A stretch of 64,000 nucleotides of DNA, taken from positions 97,154,001-97,218,000 of the forward strand of contig NC_042997.1 of NCBI RefSeq assembly GCF_006345805.1, given 5' to 3'. Of this stretch, positions 60,346 to 64,000 are shown piece by piece (the first letter of the stretch is position 1; every line of letters begins with the position of its first letter). The position numbers and the translations under genes were made by a program. Origin of the DNA: Octopus sinensis. Lineage: Eukaryota. The notes beneath the pieces were generated by a model. It made no database searches and was not told the DNA's origin. It saw only the letters and a program-made list of their open reading frames with translations.

Positions 60346-61244
60346 TTGCCTTGACATCATATGATAGTTGTAAATGAAAGTCACTGTCATACAAGCAGTG
60401 TCTATCATTTCCAATCTTCCATGGAAACATATCTGGATGTTGGGAAATATCACCTTAATTGTAGTCAGTGACTGTAGTAAAAAAAAAAAAAGCAGAAGAA
60501 TGAATAGAGAGTAGATTTGCAGGCCAGAAATGTGTTGCCAATCAATTGGATGGCCATTTCTTTTTTCTTTTTCCTATTGTTAGGGGAGATAAAAGAATTT
60601 ATATATTAAGGACATGTTCGTGCATAATTGTAATGTTAGTGCATTTGTATGTGTGTATATATCTCTATGCAAGTATGTTTTTCTCTGTGTGAGTGTGTGT
60701 GTGCATATCAGTGGGCTTGTGTGTGTGTGTGTGTGCTTGTGTATATGTGTTTGTATGTGTAATGTGTTTGTGTACATATATACGTTTGCGTATTTGCATC
60801 TGTAAGTTAATCTTGAATATGTATTTATCTAGAGTGCATATATATATGTGTGTGTGTGTCTGTATGTATACACACACACACACACACACACATAAACATA
60901 CATATACACACAAACACACACATGAAATATAAAATTAACAAAACATTCTATCAAGCCTTTATTGATTTGACAGTCATTTCATGTGAAAGCAACAATGTTT
61001 TCTTTAAAAACCTAATTAATAGTTGAGTATTTTTACATTCCTTTGTTGTTTTTTCTTCTATGTTTCTTTTAATGATCAATTATTTTGGACTGTTGATCAG
61101 TATGAACACACTGTAACATGTTTTCACATTTAGACTAAACATAACCTATGCATGTTTCAAATGTCCTTTGGTTTCTCTGTTTGCCTCTCAAAACTGCATA
61201 TCTGCTAGCTTTGTCTGTTGCTGTAAGTAGTTATCTTTCTGGTC

Positions 61245-62420
61245 TCTCTGGAGTCTGTCCCTGTCTCTTCTGCCGGCCTGTCCTTGTCTTTTCTGCCGGT
61301 CTGTCCCTGTCTTTTCTCCCGGTCTGTCCCAGTCTCTTCTACCAGTCTGTCCCAGTCTCTTCTGCTAATCTGTCCCTTCTCTTCTGCTGGTCTGTCCCTC
61401 TCTCATCTGCCGGCCTGTCCCTCTCTCATCTGCCGGCCTGTCCCTCTCTCACCTGCCGGTCTGTCCCTCTCTCATCTGCCGGCCTGTCCCTCTCTCATCT
61501 ACCGGCCTGTCCCTCTCTCATCTGCCAGTCTGTCCCTGTCTTTTCTACTAGTCTGTCCCAGTCTCTTCTACCAGTCTGTCCCAGTCTCATCTGCCAGTCT
61601 GTCCCTCTCTCATCTGCCGGCCTGTCCCTCTCTCATCTGCCAGTCTGTCCCTCTCTCATCTGCCGGTCTGTCCCTCTCTCATCTGCCGGCCTGTCCCTCT
61701 CTCATCTGCCGGCCTGTCCCTCTCTCATCTGCCAGTCTGTCCCTCTCTCATCTGCCGGCCTGTCCCTCTCTCATCTGCCGGCCTGTCCCTCTCTCATCTG
61801 CCAGTCTGTCCCAGTCTCATCTGCCAGTCTGTCCCTGTATTTTCTCCCAGTCTGTCCTTGTCTTTTCTACTAGTCTGTCCCAGTCTCTTCTGCTAGTCTG
61901 TCCCTTCTCTTCTGCTGGTCTGTCCCTCTCTCATCTGCCGGCCTGTCCCTCTCTCATCTGCTGGCCTGTCCCTCTCTCACCTGCCGGTCTGTCCCTCTCT
62001 AATCTGCCGGCCTGTCCCTCTCTCATCTACCGGCCTGTCCCTCTCTCATCTGCCAGTCTGTCCCTGTCTTTTCTATTGGTCTGTCTCTGTCTCATCTGCC
62101 AGTCTGTCCCTCTCTCATCTGCGGCCTGTCCCTCTCTCATCTGCCAGTCTGTCCCTCTCTCATCTGCCGGTCTGTCCCTCTCTCATCTGCCGGCCTGTCC
62201 CTCTCTCATCTGCCGGCCTGTCCCTCTCTCATCTGCCAGTCTGTCCCTCTCTCATCTGCCGGCCTGTCCCTCTCTCATCTGCCGGCCTGTCCCTCTCTCA
62301 TCTGCCGTGTCCCTCTCTCATCTGCCGGCCTGTCCCTCTCTCATCTGCCAGTCTGTCCCTGTCTTTTCTACTGGTCTGTCCATCTTCTTTTGCCAGTCTG
62401 TCCCTGACTTTTCTGCTGGT
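61245..62420. repeat. 23-bp pyrimidine-rich minisatellite (CTGTCCCTCTCTCATCTGCCGGC)n
   Basis: Direct reading; about 50 units with GGC/GGT/AGT variants. Confidence 0.95.
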
Positions 62421-62479
62421 CTGTTCTTGTCTTTTCTATGTGTTTATGTTTGTTGGTTATCTGTTTCTCAAAGAGTCTG

Positions 62480-62850
62480 TTACTGGCTGTCTGCCCATTT
62501 GTCTGTCTTTCTCTCTCTCTATCTCTCTTTCTCCCTCTATCTATCTATCTCTCTAGCTCTCTCTATCTCTCTCTCTCTCTTTATCTCTCTCAGTCTTTTC
62601 TACTTGTCTGTCATTGTTTATCACTATCTACTTATTTGTCTCCCAGAGTCTGTGGCTGTCTGTCTGTATATATGTACCTGTCTGATAGTTTTCTGCTATG
62701 CGTTTTCTGTCTGTCTGTCTGTATATGTTACTGTCTACAGGGTTTTCTGTTCCCAGCTTTTATCTTTCCAATGTCTTCACTCTCTCTCTCTCTCTCTCTC
62801 TATATCTATATATATCTATATATATCTATATATATATATATATATATATA

Positions 62851-62881
<31 letters not shown>

Positions 62882-62890
62882 TTGTTTATC
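62480..62890. repeat. (CT)n, (TA)n and (TATC)n microsatellite region
   Basis: Direct reading. Confidence 0.9.
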
Positions 62891-63924
62891 TTTTCTACCT
62901 GTCTGTATATGGCACTGTCTACCAGTATGCCTGACTTTCTCTCAATATCTTAAGAAGATGAAATTGGCAAAGAAAAATTAAAACTGACAGCAAAATGAAC
63001 AAACAAACAGACCACTGACGTGCAGGCAAGTGGACAGACAGACAAACCAGCAGACAGAGACAGACCTTTAGTCTAAATGTGAAAACATACCTCAGTGTGT
63101 TCAAACTGAACAGTTCAAAATACTTGATCATTGAAATACAGAAGAAAAAAAAAATAAAATAACAACCATATAGTTTGGTTATTTCTTAAGAAAACATTGT
63201 TGCTTTCACACGAAATAACTGTCTGTCACAAAGACATGAGCGAAGGTTTTGTTAACTTAATTTCTGCACATCGAATAGAGTCTGTGCAGGCCATAGAGAC
63301 TGTGTGTGTGTGTGTGTGTCTAGAGACCCAGTAAGTATAAGAAAAAAAGGGACAAAGATACACACAAAAAGACACAAACATACATCTTCATACACCAACA
63401 CGTTCATTCCTAAATATACATAGATATTACAAACACACACACACATAGACACACAAAGAATTATACATAAATATTAGGCAAATATATTGACCTTCATATA
63501 CACATATTTACTTCCATAGTGTAAGTCTGTAAGCAAGATACACACACATAAATTAAACTACAAATACATAAGCAAACCTACATGCATATGATGTATGTGT
63601 GTGTCTGTCCAGAAGGATTTAGTTGAACAAAATGATCCCAGTGCCTTTTGGGTTTTTTTAAGCCCAGTACTTACTCTGCTAGTCTCAGTTGCTGAAGTGC
63701 TAAGTTACAGGAACATAAACAAACCAACACTGATTATCAGGCAGTGGTGAGGAACACACACATGGAGATATATATATATATATACACATGTATATAAATT
63801 AGAGAAGGACTACCATGAAGCAATTCAACAATGATATACTTAAATCATACCATATAGAAAAAAATTAAAGATACGATAAAACATTTACCTAAAACTAAAT
63901 AAAGTACTAAATAATAAATAGTAA

Positions 63925-63954
<30 letters not shown>

Positions 63955-63959
<5 letters not shown>

Positions 63960-64000
63960 GCGATGAGTAAATTGTCGCCATGATTTTGTCAACTACACAG
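63955..64000. mobile_element. possible mariner-type TIR start, truncated by the window end
   Basis: (TA)n followed by GGGTGCGATGAGTAAATTGTCGCC; the partner TIR is not visible. Confidence 0.3.

Larger units (their letters stand above)
60933..63258. mobile_element. foldback-like element with about 200-bp imperfect terminal inverted repeats enclosing a minisatellite
   Basis: Arms at about 60933-61139 and 63067-63258 share perfect inverted blocks of 23 bp (60982-61004/63188-63210) and 22 bp (61118-61139/63067-63088). No TSD found. Confidence 0.75.

Noticed and set aside
61284-62981. 565-aa and 241-aa ORFs
   Set aside because: They are translations of a stop-free 23-bp pyrimidine minisatellite plus CT repeats, with no domain and no splice or codon signal.
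63091-63105. Candidate upstream rhomboid microexon FEHTE (ttcag|...|gtatgt, minus strand)
   Set aside because: It lies inside the right arm of the foldback element and has a homologous copy in the left arm.

Overview
This is an AT-rich, repeat-saturated eukaryotic window. The SINE repertoire resembles the OK/OR-type families I recall from Octopus, and the rDNA fragment is strongly expanded, so an octopod cephalopod is the likely source (inference). One host gene is supported, and the ORF track almost entirely misses it. It is a minus-strand EF-hand rhomboid intramembrane serine protease of the RHBDL1/2/3 (Drosophila rho-4) type. I assembled it by hand from 9 GT-AG exons (52974 to 18140, 355 codons plus stop) with intact WR, HxxxxHxxxN, GASG and AHIGG motifs. 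The start-codon exon was not found. The rest of the window is introns and intergenic DNA filled with SINE-like families, LINE relics (Tx1/L1, RTE, CR1), DNA-transposon MITEs, two Helitron-like elements and micro/minisatellites. There is no CRISPR array and no prokaryotic system. The most unusual observations are: (1) an inverted pair of decayed type-I hammerhead ribozyme motifs, suggesting a Penelope-like relic (53779-54096); (2) a 28S rRNA fragment captured inside an old SINE in the last rhomboid intron; (3) a 2.3-kb foldback element enclosing a 23-bp minisatellite with a 528-bp higher-order repeat; (4) a frame-preserving 24-nt microexon behind a 230-nt AG-free zone with UGC motifs. All alignments were done by eye, and repeat boundaries are approximate unless a TSD or TIR is quoted.
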